Shown piece after piece: positions 49,324 to 62,914 of a DNA stretch of 64,000 nucleotides. The stretch is from positions 19,654,001 through 19,718,000 of the forward strand of contig NW_027266297.1 of assembly GCF_022045235.1 (NCBI RefSeq). The letters are read 5' to 3'. Origin of the DNA: Haliotis cracherodii (lineage: Eukaryota). The notes under the pieces are model-generated. The model saw nothing but the letters and a program-made list of their open reading frames with translations. It was not told the origin of the DNA and searched no databases. The first letter of the stretch is position 1. The number at the start of each line of letters is the position of its first letter. The translations under genes and the position numbers were made by a program.

Positions 49324-50214
49324 TAAACTTTACAAAACTTGGTTATGGAGTAAAGTGTTCATGCATCCGAGTAATACATCAATGAGACAATTGTAAAGAG
49401 TCTATGAGACACTCTTAAATCAAGTATCGATTGATAGGAGAATAGTATGGGACTATTGATTTAATGAAGTGATTTGAGATTGCCTACCGCATTGACAGAT
49501 CGGAGCTGTGGAGCCTATGATCATAGGAAACTCCTGTTATATCGAAATTCGACACAACCGGATTTCGATGTAATGGAGCATGTGTTTAAATGGATCGAGA
49601 TGCTTTGCTAAATGACCGACAAAGATCAAACTTCATTTGAGACCAAAGGAAATAGAAAATAGAGTAAAAGAATTTCTGGCATAAAGCACAATTGTGAGAC
49701 CAGCAAGATTAAATAATGCAGAAAATGGCGTCAGTATGGAGATCATCACTTTTCACAGTCTGTTGCCACGTGTCTATGTAATCCGAGCAGATGAATCTGT
49801 TATTCCACAATATCAGTTCAAGACACGTGTTAGTGCGGGGTTAACCCCTTACAAGTCATTCCGGCTAGGCCAAGTCAAGCTGTAATTTCTTATGTAACGA
49901 GGCACATTGCAATTGACCTTATCAAAACCGTCAACTTGTAGGCCCCGTGATTTAGAGCTTAACCCCGTAAAGGACAGGCCGTACCCACGTCTCTTCGGAT
50001 TTGGCACAAAGTCTAGTTAACTCTTTCACCTGCAACAAGTCGGCATCAGTTTTTTCGAGTACATGCACGAGAATTAACCCTTGTTAACTTATAAAAAATG
50101 TTAAATCAAAGTCAAGGCTTGAGTTCAGTGTGGTATGGGTTAATTCCCCTAGTACAAACGCTCTGTCCGTTCTTGCAGCATTATCAATTCCCAACGGCTT
50201 GAGTTATCGGGCTA

Positions 50215-51389
50215 TCAGAAAGATGGGGAGTTGGTCAGTGCTGATATGAGACAAGACCCGTCAAAGTCATACTGATATGCGACTTCATAGTCCGGGCTCA
50301 TGTCATCGCCATGTTCTACGACATGCGAGACATCACTTGAACCGGGGTCATATTCGGGAGAACTCGCCACTTGATCGTAAGAAACTGAACTGTATTTAAA
50401 AGTCACACCAGCGTGGCAGAAAGTGTTTGTGTTTGGGTTGGCCTGGGAAGACGAGCCGAATAAATACTGGTCAAATTCACTTCTATCGACGTCGCCAAGT
50501 CTCTCAACTTCAGAGAACTTCTCGAGTATGTCCCCCTCCGGGAGGTGTGTGCTTGTCTGGGGGTAAGGAGCCACTTGCTGTTGGCAGGAGGGGTAGGGAC
50601 TGGGTGTGGCCATGTTAGACTTCAAACAAGGTGGTTGCATTCGGGCAGACGACTTCTGACGGTAAAAGGAGCTAGACATGGTGGTGTGGGGCTGACTCAC
50701 TAGCTTGCGGAGGGTGACAAGGTTCTCTGAGGACGAGTTCAAATTGGTGCTGGTGGGGACTGGGGTGTAGTCGGTCCGGAACCGACTTATGTACATATTC
50801 CCGTTTGTGCTGAATTTCCGCAACAGTTCTGAATACGATGACCCATGACTCCCGCTCAGTCGACTCTCCTCGCTGTGTGGTGGGAATTTGAACACACTCT
50901 CCCCCGCGTCATTTGGAGAACGATCAGGCGTCAAAAGTCCACTAGAACTCAAAACACTTTCATAATGGCTGCTGTTAGCAGACGATCGTCCGGTTTGATC
51001 GTCTGTCAAGTCTGGGCTGGATGAGTTTCGTGGTTTTGAAGTGTCTGGGCTCGATGGTGGTGAGGATTCGGGTGTGTTGAGAAGATTGGACAGGATGGGG
51101 GCGGAGAGGCTAGCCCCGGTGTGAGGGGTGGCCATTTGTTTTCTCATGTTCGACCCACCCCCGGGCGTGGACCCCCGACCGAACGTCGTGACGGGAGGGA
51201 GGCTGTCAGGTCTAGCATCGCCGGATGACGTGAGAGATGACGCCCTCTTGCAGATTCTCTTGGGATGTTTTCGCCTCCGGGGTCTATACTTGTAGTCTGG
51301 GTGGTCCTGCATATGCTGGACTCTCAACCTCTCTGCCTCCTCCACAAATGGCCGCTTCTCTTCTACACGAAGGCCCTTCCATTTCTTTC
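50215..51389 (-). CDS. SoxF: SoxF coding exon 2 (rest of HMG box and C-terminal transactivation region)
   Basis: Acceptor ttgttgtttcag|GA at 51390 restores the frame: [41 protein letters not shown]. Contains [19 protein letters not shown] (SoxF DxxEF(D/E)QYL motif) and C-terminal LISAL. Stop TGA ends at 50215. Spliced CDS is 1476 nt. Confidence 0.95.
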
Positions 51390-54093
51390 CTGAAACAACA
51401 ACAAAATAATAGTAAACAGTAAATAATGATTTCGACAGCGTGGAAAAGGTCGCGGAGATGTTCTGACTCCTATTCTGTTATAGGAAAAAATATAATCAGT
51501 TTTCAAACTTTCAAACACACATCTGATAAATTCCCTAACAATTATTTGTATTCGAGTTTGCAAATCACATTTCACTTTTTTCCGCAGGGGTCAAAATTTA
51601 TTGATATCTACGTATTTACTTGAACATCCAAAAATACATTTAGTCGTAATTAGATTCGTCAAGTGAATATGAGGTAACACAAAGTGTATCGGCTAAATTA
51701 TGATATCCATCAATCCAGAAAAGATTAAACGCATTTCCATCACGGTTTAAGTTTATAAATAATGAATCAATAATGTTAGTTTGGTAACATGCTTTTTAAC
51801 GTTAAACGTTATGTCAATCACGCGCCTACTTAGAGAGTACGTAACGGTGTCCGGTTGTCTTAAATATGCATACTATCCTTTACACAACAACAGATATATA
51901 TATATTTATATATATAAAGGTTATCACATCCAGTTCCTTGTTCATCAATTCCCGCGATTCTTGATTTTCTTAGTAATACACGCATCTCGGGTGATGAGCA
52001 GAAATACACGGCAGGGAAATTACACGGAACACATGCATCAATGTATTTCGCATCTACGAAATGTGAAAGTGTAAAGTCCTCGTTTGATCGGGCTTTGTCA
52101 TGTGATTTGACTTATGGCTTTGGTTTGAATGCTACCCCTGTTTGAACTGACGCCACCGCAGTAACTAGCCTCTCTTGCAGACCCCTGTGTCCATATTCCA
52201 TAAAACAATCACCCTGTTCCATCCTCATCTCAAGCAGTCTATACTCAATCACCCCATTCCTGACATTAAGAGACTTGATGGTTGCTTAATACTCGGCCGA
52301 CTCCTTTATAGAATTATGTTTAGTTAACTTAAACATAACTTTATTTCAAGGTCTATAATATGTTAGTCTACCGTAGTAGGACATGTGTACGTTTTCATTG
52401 GAATACAACCTGGCTGCTACTGTTTGAAGTCAAAATACATTTCAAGCCACTTGAACAAAATTTTATTCAGACCCTTCTCACTCAGTGCATTCTGGTAACA
52501 TAGCCTCAAAGGGTGTCATTCAGAACCAATTTAAACATAAGCTGTATGGTGTTCATGGTACGGAAGAAGACGGTGGACGATGGACTGGCTCATCTACACA
52601 GGTAGGCAGTGTGATTGTTTTGTAACATCACAGAAGAATATCGTTGTGTTGTCCTGACATGAGTAAGTTTGTATTTGACCATCCAAAGACATATTCGCAC
52701 TTGGTGCATGATGAAGTATTTCTTTTCAACTCCTTGTAAACGTTTAACCAACTATCCGTGATTATTATAGATTTAATTAATATAGAAACAATTATCCACA
52801 CATTCACAGGGTAGATTTCACTTTATCATTGCCTGAATCAGTACGTTGAACCTGACATCTAAAACACTTGTGAGATATCTAGATACTGAATTTCGATTCT
52901 TTTAGCAAATTTGTAATTGCAACGATATTCCACTGTTGATTAGTAGGAAGTTTAGAAATAGATTTGTAGTATATTAAAGTATATTAAATTGTCCTACTTT
53001 AGTATTTCACTGTTAAAAGCGCTATATGAACGTTGTCACCAGAAGGGTTGATCATCGACCTCTGTTTATGGATATCTATATAAAGGGCATTTATTTAAAT
53101 GTTATTATGATATTGTATTTATAATATGACAGTAAACAATATGATTCATTAACAAAATAACGGCAAAATACATGTGAATAATATTTCCTGATGAAACGGG
53201 GTGATGCGGCTTGTCAGCGAAATGGTGTCACGTGTCACGCAATGTTAATTCCAATATTTAAGTCATCAATAGCTATTTCTAGACTAAAAATGTTTTTAAA
53301 AAACCGTTCGCATATTGTTCTCTTGAGTGCACCATTTACCCAACTTAACGCTGACCTTTACAAAAGCGCTTTAATTTTCTGGACAACTATCAAAGTTAAT
53401 GGAAAACAAATATGAACTTTGAGCGTTCTTTGCCATTTCTCAGGGATATTATTAATGTATCCAAGACAGCACAATCTGAGAAATAAAACCATATGAAACA
53501 CATCGACCTGGACGCGATACCTACTAGCCACAATCGCCATATGTTGATGCAAGGCCGCTGTTCATATCATTTCGCACACACTAACAAGTGGTTTCCCTAT
53601 AACGGCTGAAAGCCGACACCAGCGAAAAACACAGGCGCTCACTGGGGGTCATTCGTTTAAAATCACGACCAACGCGCTGCAAAACATTTCCTTCGTTCGT
53701 TAATTACCCTTCGCTATTATCTTTGTGTTTACAATGAACATCTTCAGGGAACGGAGATGCGAGCTTTCTGCATTCCACGGACCAGATTTATTATTTGTTA
53801 GGGAAACAGAAATTTTCTCACGACAATATGTTGTGATAAAATTAATGCCCGTAGCAGACACAATGACTGGATAATAAAAACAAGGTTGAAGTTCTATCAC
53901 GTTGGTGTAGTATTGTGTGATTTGTAACTGTTGTATGTATTGAAAATCAAATTATTTGAATTTGGATGTGGTATATAATGAGTTTGAAAGTTCGATGTAT
54001 GCTCTTAAGCATCTTAAAGTAGTTAAACATAGATACCTCCATGTTGTAAAGAAGTTGTGCAAATGTCTGGACTGCATCGGAATTATTATTATA

Positions 54094-54128
<35 letters not shown>

Positions 54129-54330
54129 TGATGTTCTGAACAAATGATAAAAGAAAGAATAACATTTTTTAATGAGTTAATGCTATATAGATGGGTTGAA
54201 CTATTCATGATATATTGAGCATACGTCCCTTGGTCTGTTTAAACAAGAGCGGTTGTAAAATTGTCACATTTTCATACTATAAGCATTTACGACCCCGTAG
54301 GATTTGATAAGCTAGCAATTGACTTCTTAC
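51390..54330 (-). other. SoxF intron (GT-AG, phase 1, 2941 bp) splitting the HMG box within the Gly codon of ILGK
   Basis: GTAAG donor and TTTCAG acceptor. Joining them gives an uninterrupted HMG box. Confidence 0.92.
54093..54126 (+). repeat. (AAT)n microsatellite in the SoxF intron
   Basis: Direct. Confidence 0.93.
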
Positions 54331-54631
54331 CTAGAATTTTACTGAGATCTGCGTTGTGTATGTCGGGGTTTTCATCTGCAAGCTTCTTTCTTTCGACTTT
54401 TGCCCAAACCATAAATGCATTCATGGGTCTTCGGATTCTTTGCTCAGATCTTCTGGAGGGCATTCGAACCATGGTAGTTTCTTGGGGCATCACCCCCGTG
54501 GTGTAGCTGTTCACCCAGTCAAACTGGAACTGGGGGTGGGGCATGCCTTGCCCATGGGGGTTCCCATACATCCCTGCCAACATCGCTGGGGTGGGTCCGG
54601 GAGTCTGGGGTGGGTGACACGCTTGACGCAT
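54331..54631 (-). CDS. SoxF: SoxF-group HMG-box transcription factor, coding exon 1 (N-terminus and first part of HMG box)
   Basis: ATG at 54631 in context ctaccATG. Translates MRQACHPP...[39 protein letters not shown], a SoxF-type HMG box. Exon ends CTA G|gtaag (phase-1 donor at 54330), 301 nt. Confidence 0.93.
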
Positions 54632-54861
54632 GGTAGACGGCGCGAGCAGACGACAGACACTCCGTGTAGCAGAAGACACAAGCAGACGACAAGGCAGTGT
54701 CAGCAGATGACACAATATCCAAATGTCTGATTCACACTTCTCACACAGTAATTAAGATTTATCCCGTATTCAGCAACACAGTCGCCTATTTTCTATGATA
54801 GGAAACACACCGACTCCTTCGAGTGTTCCATATGACATTAAACTGGACCGACTCGGTGTTG

Positions 54862-54868
54862 TTTTATA
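54862..54868 (-). promoter_or_regulatory. Putative TATA box of SoxF (TATAAAA); CCAAT motif at 54906-54910; TSS probably ~54833-54844
   Basis: Plus-strand ttttata reads TATAAAA on minus, about 230 nt upstream of the ATG. Inr-like CCAGTT and TCATAT lie 24-35 nt downstream. Confidence 0.6.
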
Positions 54869-55389
54869 GAGGTGGTGCGGTCACTTCGATTGCCGCGACA
54901 ATTGCCCAATCAGAAACCAAGACTACGCACGGCTCTATGCAAATCTGTGTCACATGGTCTAAGTGTCGCCCGTCCTCGCGTGGAACGAGAGCACTTGATC
55001 GCGAGCTTAACTATCATATTTCCACTAACAAATCGGCGTCACACAACTCGTGTCTCAACATGGGAGAGAGGGCTAATTCTCAAAGTTGACAAACTTTATA
55101 GTGGTTGATAACACACTTCGCAGGTGATAGGAGACATCGTCATCAAAATGTATCAGATAAATGTAGGAGGGTTTCATGAGATGTCATAGCATTTAAATCG
55201 TTTGCACGAAGAACGTAATTTGTTGACAACATGTAGTTTTCTCTCGAAATGACAAACATTACAAACATCAAATTTGTATATTATGAACGAGAGAGGTCAA
55301 AGTGTTGTCTGATTAACACCCATTATACTTCTAAACGTTCGTTGGTGGTACCATGATCATATTCATTAGGAGAGTTCAAAATTGTTTTA

Positions 55390-55618
55390 AAATGCCGGGC
55401 AAAAGAAAGTATATCTCAATGTTTGATGGTCGCTAAAAACGAAACAAACAAAAACTGGCTATACGCTGGGGATGTATTACATATGGTATCATAGCTGTGT
55501 TTTCGATTTAGGTTTGGAGTATTCGGAGACCGTTTTCAGCCAAGTAAAGTTTTGGTAAGGTATGTCATGTTTTGGTAATATCAGTTTTTCAAGTGTATGC
55601 TTTCTTTTTCCCGGCATG
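55390..55618. mobile_element. Same MITE family, about 0.55 kb upstream of the SoxF TATA box
   Basis: ATGCCGGGCAAAAGAAAG ... CTTTCTTTTTCCCGGCAT. Confidence 0.78.
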
Positions 55619-57161
55619 ATAAAATATGTTTGACAAATTTGTTTTTAAAGATAATATTGTATTCATGACTCAATTGTATATCTATTAACTTGTTCTCGTC
55701 GCTATATGGCTGAAATAATGTCGACGTTAAAATTAACTTACTCAATCACTCTTTTCCCCCAACAATTTATATCAATTTTAAAACAACCAGCTCTTTGCAT
55801 AGGATTTCAAGATGAACAATTACGAATATTATACTAATCCTGTATCTGACTAATTTCTGTAACTGCTTATTGTGTAGGTCCATCGTGGAATCAGCTCTAC
55901 TTTGGAGGTGATTGGGGAAATAAAAAAACCAACCTTTTCATATTCATAAGAAATACTGCCAAAAGCAGTGTCGATCATACGACTCGAACTATAGCAATAG
56001 TGATGATGTCAGGTGAAGTGAGCGAATGGGTGAGCGAATCCTGCCCCACTGGTGGTACCCATCACAAAAACAACGCACTACCAGGCACAGTTAAACCACT
56101 GTACAGACATAATAGATCTGGATTTAATTCATATCGCCTCACATCCGCTCCAATCCTCATCCACAAGAGAGCATCGTCTTCATCCGACAGGCTTCTGGAA
56201 CCTTAGGTGTCGGGTAGTATACCCTGGTTATACTTCACCAAATCATGATCAAAATATTGAAATAGTGCGAATCGAGAAATCATGTTCTTCTCCAAAATGT
56301 GCTTTTAAAATACATTTTGGAAATACTTTTGATAAGGGCAAAACTACGGAACAAATATTGATTGATAACTACAAAGAACCATTGAAGGTAAAGGTAGACC
56401 AAGTAAACGAAGGGGGGTACATGAAATTAGCATAAGAAGATACCACATAAAGTAAGTTTGTAGGGTAGGTTTATGACGTGAGTTTATCAAGTAATTTATG
56501 AAGTAACTAGATGAAGACAGCGTACACAGATACTCCAAGAAGTAAGTTTAAGAATAATTATTAATTATAAAATTATGCAATAAGTTATGAAGTTGGTATT
56601 TTGAAGAAAACATACAAAGTTACAATGCGATGTATATTTAAGAAGTAAATTATGCAGGAAGTTATGAAGTTAATATATGAAATAAGTTTATCCAGAACAA
56701 AAGTCCCTAAAAGGTTATACGATATAAGTATACACAGCAAAATTCTTGATATTCAACGACGTAAATATATCTACAGTGTAAGTTCAATGTTGTATGTTTC
56801 CTTATTGTACTAACAAGGACTCTATGTTATTTCTACTTCAGACTTCTGTAATGTACGTATCCCAAAGCTCAGATTAAGCAGTAATGCAATAATTTATAAC
56901 ATCAAATAATAAGTAAACAGTTATAAGCTTCTTAGAAGCGACGTGCGCCATTTAATCACGCGCTGGGCATGTTGAGGCGATCCGCTGTGAGATGGTGGTA
57001 TTGAACTTCCAGGGGCTGAACTTTGGCCGTAAAGATGTATATCATCCTCAGTGACAGAGAATTGGTGGCGACATTTGAGATACACCAAACACTGCCAGAT
57101 TTGTCGTGTCCCATCAAGTTCAGATTAGTAGCTAGTTAAGAGGAGTGCTGTCACAGTCACT

Positions 57162-57300
57162 NNNNNNNNNNNNNNNNNNNNNNNNNNNNNNNNNNNNNNN
57201 NNNNNNNNNNNNNNNNNNNNNNNNNNNNNNNNNNNNNNNNNNNNNNNNNNNNNNNNNNNNNNNNNNNNNNNNNNNNNNNNNNNNNNNNNNNNNNNNNNNN
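57162..57300. other. Assembly gap (N run)
   Basis: 139 N. Confidence 1.
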
Positions 57301-58162
57301 TGTATTTGAACATGTCGAAGGGGTTTCTGAAGTGGTAGACAAAAATTCTTTGCAATATCTACCTCTTAATGAGGAAATGGTTCCTGACGTTATAAGTCAT
57401 TACTTATGATATCATTGTTTCGGTTTCTGTCAGACTGACTTTCCAATCGTAGCAACATCTTATATAACGACGACACAAACAAGTAAGGAGTTACCAATAA
57501 GCCGATAAATGGTGGCACTTCATTTGTGAGAATTTAAAGCAGGGTAACGTTTACGAGCGCTTCCCTGAGTCTTGCAATGGTGGGGCTGCTTTCCCGAGTC
57601 TTTTAGTCCACGTCGTTGCTCATGTGTCCGCGTCGGTCTATATAAGCTGTAACTATTTCCAGAATTGTTATTTTATTGAATACATAAGGTTAATGGTCAG
57701 CACATTGAAGGACACTAAATACTCACGTTCTGAAGTGTCAATCAACTACTCGAACTCAAATTATGGCGGGTTCAAATAGTGCAGTACAAACGTAGAGTCA
57801 TATCAAAGTATCTTACAAACTCTAAACAGGGCGTGAGAGGAATCTATTTTTCCCAGCTTATGAAACAATCTATTCATTATCACTATTCACACTTTTTTCG
57901 CAGAGCAAACTATTCATTTTGTTCACAATTGCCAATAACCCATTCATTTTTTGCACATTTTTCAATAAACTATTCAATTAAACACCTTCCCATTAACCCC
58001 ATAAATATCAAATGTAAACTTCCTGACTGAATAAACTGATTTTCAAACGCATTTGAAACTGCATCCTGACAGTACTTAGACTTTCGTGACGGAAACGTCT
58101 TTACATCCTCTTGTCCCTTGTGCACCAAATGTATTATTTCCGACAAGACCTGCCCGGAAGTT

Positions 58163-60960
58163 GAAACACTGATATACAAGGATGCCCTGCTACCTTCTTG
58201 AATAACGACTACAACACTGCTAATACAAGGATGCCCTACTACCTTCTTGAATAACGACTACAACACTGCTAATACAAGGATGCCCTAATACCTTCTTGAA
58301 TAACGACTACAACACTGCTTATACAAGGATGCCCTACTACCTTCTTGAATAACGACTACAACACTGCTTATACAAGGATGCCAGACTACCTTCATGAATA
58401 ACGACTACAACACTGCATATACAAGGATGCCCTACTACCTTCTTGAACAACGACTACAACACTGCTTATACAAGGATGCCCTACTACCTTCTTGAATAAC
58501 GACTACAACACTGCTTATACAAGGATGCCCTACTACCTTCATGAACAACGACTACAACACTGCTAATACAAGGATGCCCTAATACCTTCTTGAATAACGA
58601 CTACAACACTGCTTATACAAGGATGCCCTACTACCTTCTTGAATAACGACTACAACACTGCTTATACAAGGATGCCAGACTACCTTCATGAATAACGACT
58701 ACAACACTGCATATACAAGGATGCCCTACTACCTTCTTGAACAACGACTACAACACTGCTTATACAAGGATGCCCTACTACCTTCTTGAATAACGACTAC
58801 AACACTGCTTATACAAGGATGCCAGACTACCTTCATGAATAACGACTACAACACTGCATATACAAGGATGCCCTAATACCTTCTTGAACAACGACTACAA
58901 CACTGCTTATACAAGGATGCCCTACTACCTTCATGAATAACGACTACAACACTGCTTATACAAGGATGCCCTAATACCTTCTTGAACAACGACTACAACA
59001 CTGCTTATACAAAGATGCCCTACTACCTTCTTGAATAACGACTACAACACTGCTTATACAAGGATGCCCTACTACCTTCATGAACAACGACTACAACACT
59101 GCTTATACAAGGATGCCCTAATACCTTCTTGAACAACGACTACAACACTGCTTATACAAGGATGCCCTACTACCTTCATGAATAACGACTACAACACTGC
59201 ATATACAAGGATGCCCTAATACCTTCTTGAATAACGACTACAACACTGCATATACAAGGATGCCCTAATACCTTCTTGAACAACGACTACAACACTGCTT
59301 ATACAAAGATGCCCTACTACCTTCATGAATAACGACTACAACACTGCTTATACAAGGATGCCCTAATACCTTCTTGAACAACGACTACAACACTGCTTAT
59401 ACAAGGATGCCCTACTACCTTCATGAATAACGACTACAACACTGCTTATACAAGGATGCCCTACTACCTTCTTGAACAACGACTACAACACTGCTTATAC
59501 AAAGAAGCCCTACTACCTTCTTGAATAACGACTACAACACTGCTTATACAAGGATGCCAGACTACCTTCATGAATAACGACTACAACACTGCTTATACAA
59601 GGATGCCCTACTACCTTCATGAACAACGACTACAACACTGCTTATACAAGGATGCCCTACTACCTTCATGAACAACGACTACAACACTGCTTATACAAGG
59701 ATGCCCTAATACCTTCTTGAACAACGACTACAACACTGCTTATACAAGGATGCCCTACTACCTTCTTGAATAACGACTTCAACACTGATTATACAAAGAT
59801 GCCCTCTACCTTCTTGAATAACGACTACAACACTGCTTATACAAAGATGCCCTACTACCTTCTTGAATAACGACTACAACACTGCTTATACAAGGATGCC
59901 CTACTACCTTCTTGAACAACGACTACAACACTGCTTATACAAGGATGCCCTACTACCTTCTTGAACAACGACTACAACACTGCTTATACAAAGATGCCCT
60001 ACTACCTTCTTGAATAACGACTTCAACACTGATTATACAAAGATGCCCTCTACCTTCTTGAATAACGACTACAACACTGCTTATACAAAGATGCCCTACT
60101 ACCTTCTTGAATAACGACTACAACACTGCTTATACAAGGATGCCCTACTACCTTCTTGAACAACGACTACAACACTGCTTATACAAGGATGCCCTACTAC
60201 CTTCTTGAACAACGACTACAACACTGCTTATACAAAGAAGCCCTACTACCTTCTTGAATAACGACTACAACACTGCTTATACAAGGATGCCAGACTACCT
60301 TCATGAATAACGACTACAACACTGCTTATACAAAGATGCCCTACTACCTTCTTGAATAACGACTACAACACTGCTTATACAAAGATGCCCTCTACCTTCT
60401 TGAATAACGACTACAACACTGATTATACAAGGATGCCAGACTACCTTCTTGAATAACGACTACAACACTGATTATACAAGGATGCCCTACTACCTTCATG
60501 AATAACGACTACAACACTGCTTATACAAAGATGCCCTCTACCTTCTTGAATAACGACTACAACACTGCTTATACAAGGATGCCCTACTACCTTCTTGAAT
60601 AACGACTACAACACTGCTTATACAAGGATGCCCTACTACCTTCTTGAATAACGACTACAACACTGCTTATACAAGGATGCCAGACTACCTTCATGAATAA
60701 CGACTACAACACTGCATATACAAGGATGCCCTACTACCTTCTTGAATAACGACTACAACACTGCTTATACAAGGATGCCAGACTACCTTCATGAATAACG
60801 ACTACAACACTGCATATACAAGGATGCCCTACTACCTTCTTGAATAACGACTACAACACTGCTTATACAAGGATGCCCTAATACCTTCTAGAATAACGAC
60901 TACAACACTGCTTATACAAGGATGCCCTACTACCTACTTGAATACCGACTACAACACTGC
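58163..60960 (+). repeat. Homogeneous 49-bp tandem array, about 57 copies (ACAACACTGCTTATACAAGGATGCCCTACTACCTTCTTGAATAACGACT)
   Basis: Period 49 (e.g. 58211, 58260). Variation is limited to a few recurring positions. Confidence 0.97.
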
Positions 60961-61610
60961 ATTTCTACAAACGTAATTATTACCTTAAAACCGTGTGCCA
61001 AATTATGCGATTCCCCTTCAAATTTAGCACAAGAATGTCCCTTCAAAGTAGGTGTGTCCATACTGACAATGAAGATATTTTTACTTTTAACAGAATGATA
61101 ACATATAGCTACTCCAGGGCGTTTTGTACAAGCAATTCCTTTGAACAAGCTAGTGCCTTTGTCCATAAAAAGATTAACATCTCCTGTTTATAAAAAAAAC
61201 ACGACACCCTGCAACCAACTGTAAACTGGACTGTAACAGGGACTGTAACATGGACTTGACAGGGACCACTGTCAATAAATCACGTGTTCCCTATCCATAC
61301 GAAAACTAATTCTGTACATAGTGGGACTAGTTTCGAATTCTTGTCTTGACAGTGCCAACTAAATGTAAGGACACGCTATATTTCATTGACAGAGGGCATA
61401 TCTGACTACAAGTCTTCTCCCCTCTACCCATAAAATAACCTAGTGGCTCCTAACCGCTCCTAATTAATCGAGAACGTCATGTTCAATAAAACTAATGTCT
61501 CACAATAACATAGAATTAGACTGCAAACAATGCAACAGAAATAGTGTCCCTTTTCCAAAATAAGTACCCCTGACCGTAATCTAGTCCCCCCCCCCCCCCC
61601 CGCCTCCCCT

Positions 61611-61810
61611 AACATGAATACCCCACTCAGACACAGTATACTGACTCCGAGCAGACCAATCCTTGTTTTAGCCTCTTAATGCCGAGTGTCAGACAGGGTA
61701 ACAACAAGTACCATCTTTTAACGTATTTTGGTATGACACGGCCGGGGATCGAACCCCAGTACTTCTCGCTCTCCGGGTGGTCGCTCTACCACGAGACCTC
61801 GAAGGCGGTC
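61611..61810 (-). mobile_element. SINE family C copy, 3' truncated; shares its upstream flank with the 34-kb copy
   Basis: Homologous to 34175-34370. Confidence 0.82.
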
Positions 61811-62182
61811 ACCTCGGATGAGGGGGCAAGAAGTAGTACTGAAACGTTGTTTGTTTGTTTGTTTGTTTTTTGTTTAACGCCCCAGTACTGAAACGTCGTT
61901 ACGAGCAATAAAAATATGTTATCCATGGAAGTTTCATATCTTAATATTACAGATAGTCCCTGACTTGTTTCAAGAGAAGCGTGGTCGGTAACTAGACTCG
62001 CTGCAACTTTCCACACTATAGATTTATATATATATATAAATGTTGATAACTTGCACCGAGTGAAAACGTCGGTCCTGAAACCGGCTATTTAGAGAGAGAG
62101 GAAAAGGGATGAGAGAGCGGTTTACATTGTTCAAGGAAATTTATAAACGTTGGTTAGCTCACATGTCACGAACCTATTTCTA

Positions 62183-62421
62183 CACTGCCGGACAAGGGAA
62201 ATCATACACTTTAAAATTGGATTTGACTACTGGGAAATTACAAACGTTATCAAAACGTTACTAGGCTGAAAACAGTCGCAGAAACATTGCAAACGTTAGG
62301 TCCAAAAACAAAGAGTATGATATCCGTACCAAATACATCCCCATCCAATAAAACCTTTCTGTTTTGTTTTATTTTCAGCCACCATCTAACATGGGCGTAC
62401 ACTTTCTTTTGCCCGGCAGTG
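62183..62421. mobile_element. Tc1/mariner-type MITE (~240 bp)
   Basis: TA|CACTGCCGGACAA ... TTGCCCGGCAGTG|TA. Confidence 0.85.
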
Positions 62422-62738
62422 TACATCATTAACATTCAAAGCAGATACTACCTGGTCACAACTTCTCATGCACATGGTGCTGATAATTTTGTTTTGATGC
62501 CTTTAAACGTTGAATTTTTCAGAGTGGGTAAAGTCAGTGGATGATTTGGACATTGGTAGATAGAATGCACAAACTGGAAAACCCGTTCTGTCCCAGCCAG
62601 CTTCCATCCAAAGTCCAGCAGTCCTGCTTGAAAAGTTTGTAGTTGTTCCACTGACAAGGCCTCAAGTAACCTAACATTTATATGTGAGCATCAATACATT
62701 TATTGTTTGATCAAATAACCTGAAATGATTGGCCAGTA

Positions 62739-62914
62739 CAGTAAACTACGATATAACGAACACGCTTATAACGAACTGACGGATATAACGAACTTACTTT
62801 TTTTGGTCCCGACTATTTGCTGTAGTTATGCTGTATATATGCTTATAACGAACTACGGTTATAACGAACTAAAATTAGTTGTCCCTTTGAGTTCGTTATA
62901 ACCGTACTTTACTG
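62739..62914. mobile_element. pogo/Tigger-type MITE with internal TATAACGAAC repeats
   Basis: TA|CAGTAAACTACGATATAACGAAC ... GTTCGTTATAACCGTACTTTACTG|TA. Confidence 0.88.

Noticed and set aside
50215-54631. SoxE (Sox8/9/10) assignment, because EFDQYL also occurs in SoxE
   Set aside because: The HMG box reads [24 protein letters not shown] (SoxF type), not [24 protein letters not shown], and there is no SoxE dimerisation domain.
54287-54715. ORF-track protein starting MCHLL and ending [13 protein letters not shown]
   Set aside because: The start is a TTG and the tail is intron read-through; the supported exon is 54631-54331.
58163-60960. CRISPR-like array
   Set aside because: Units are contiguous near-identical repeats with no unique spacers, there are no cas genes, and the context is eukaryotic.
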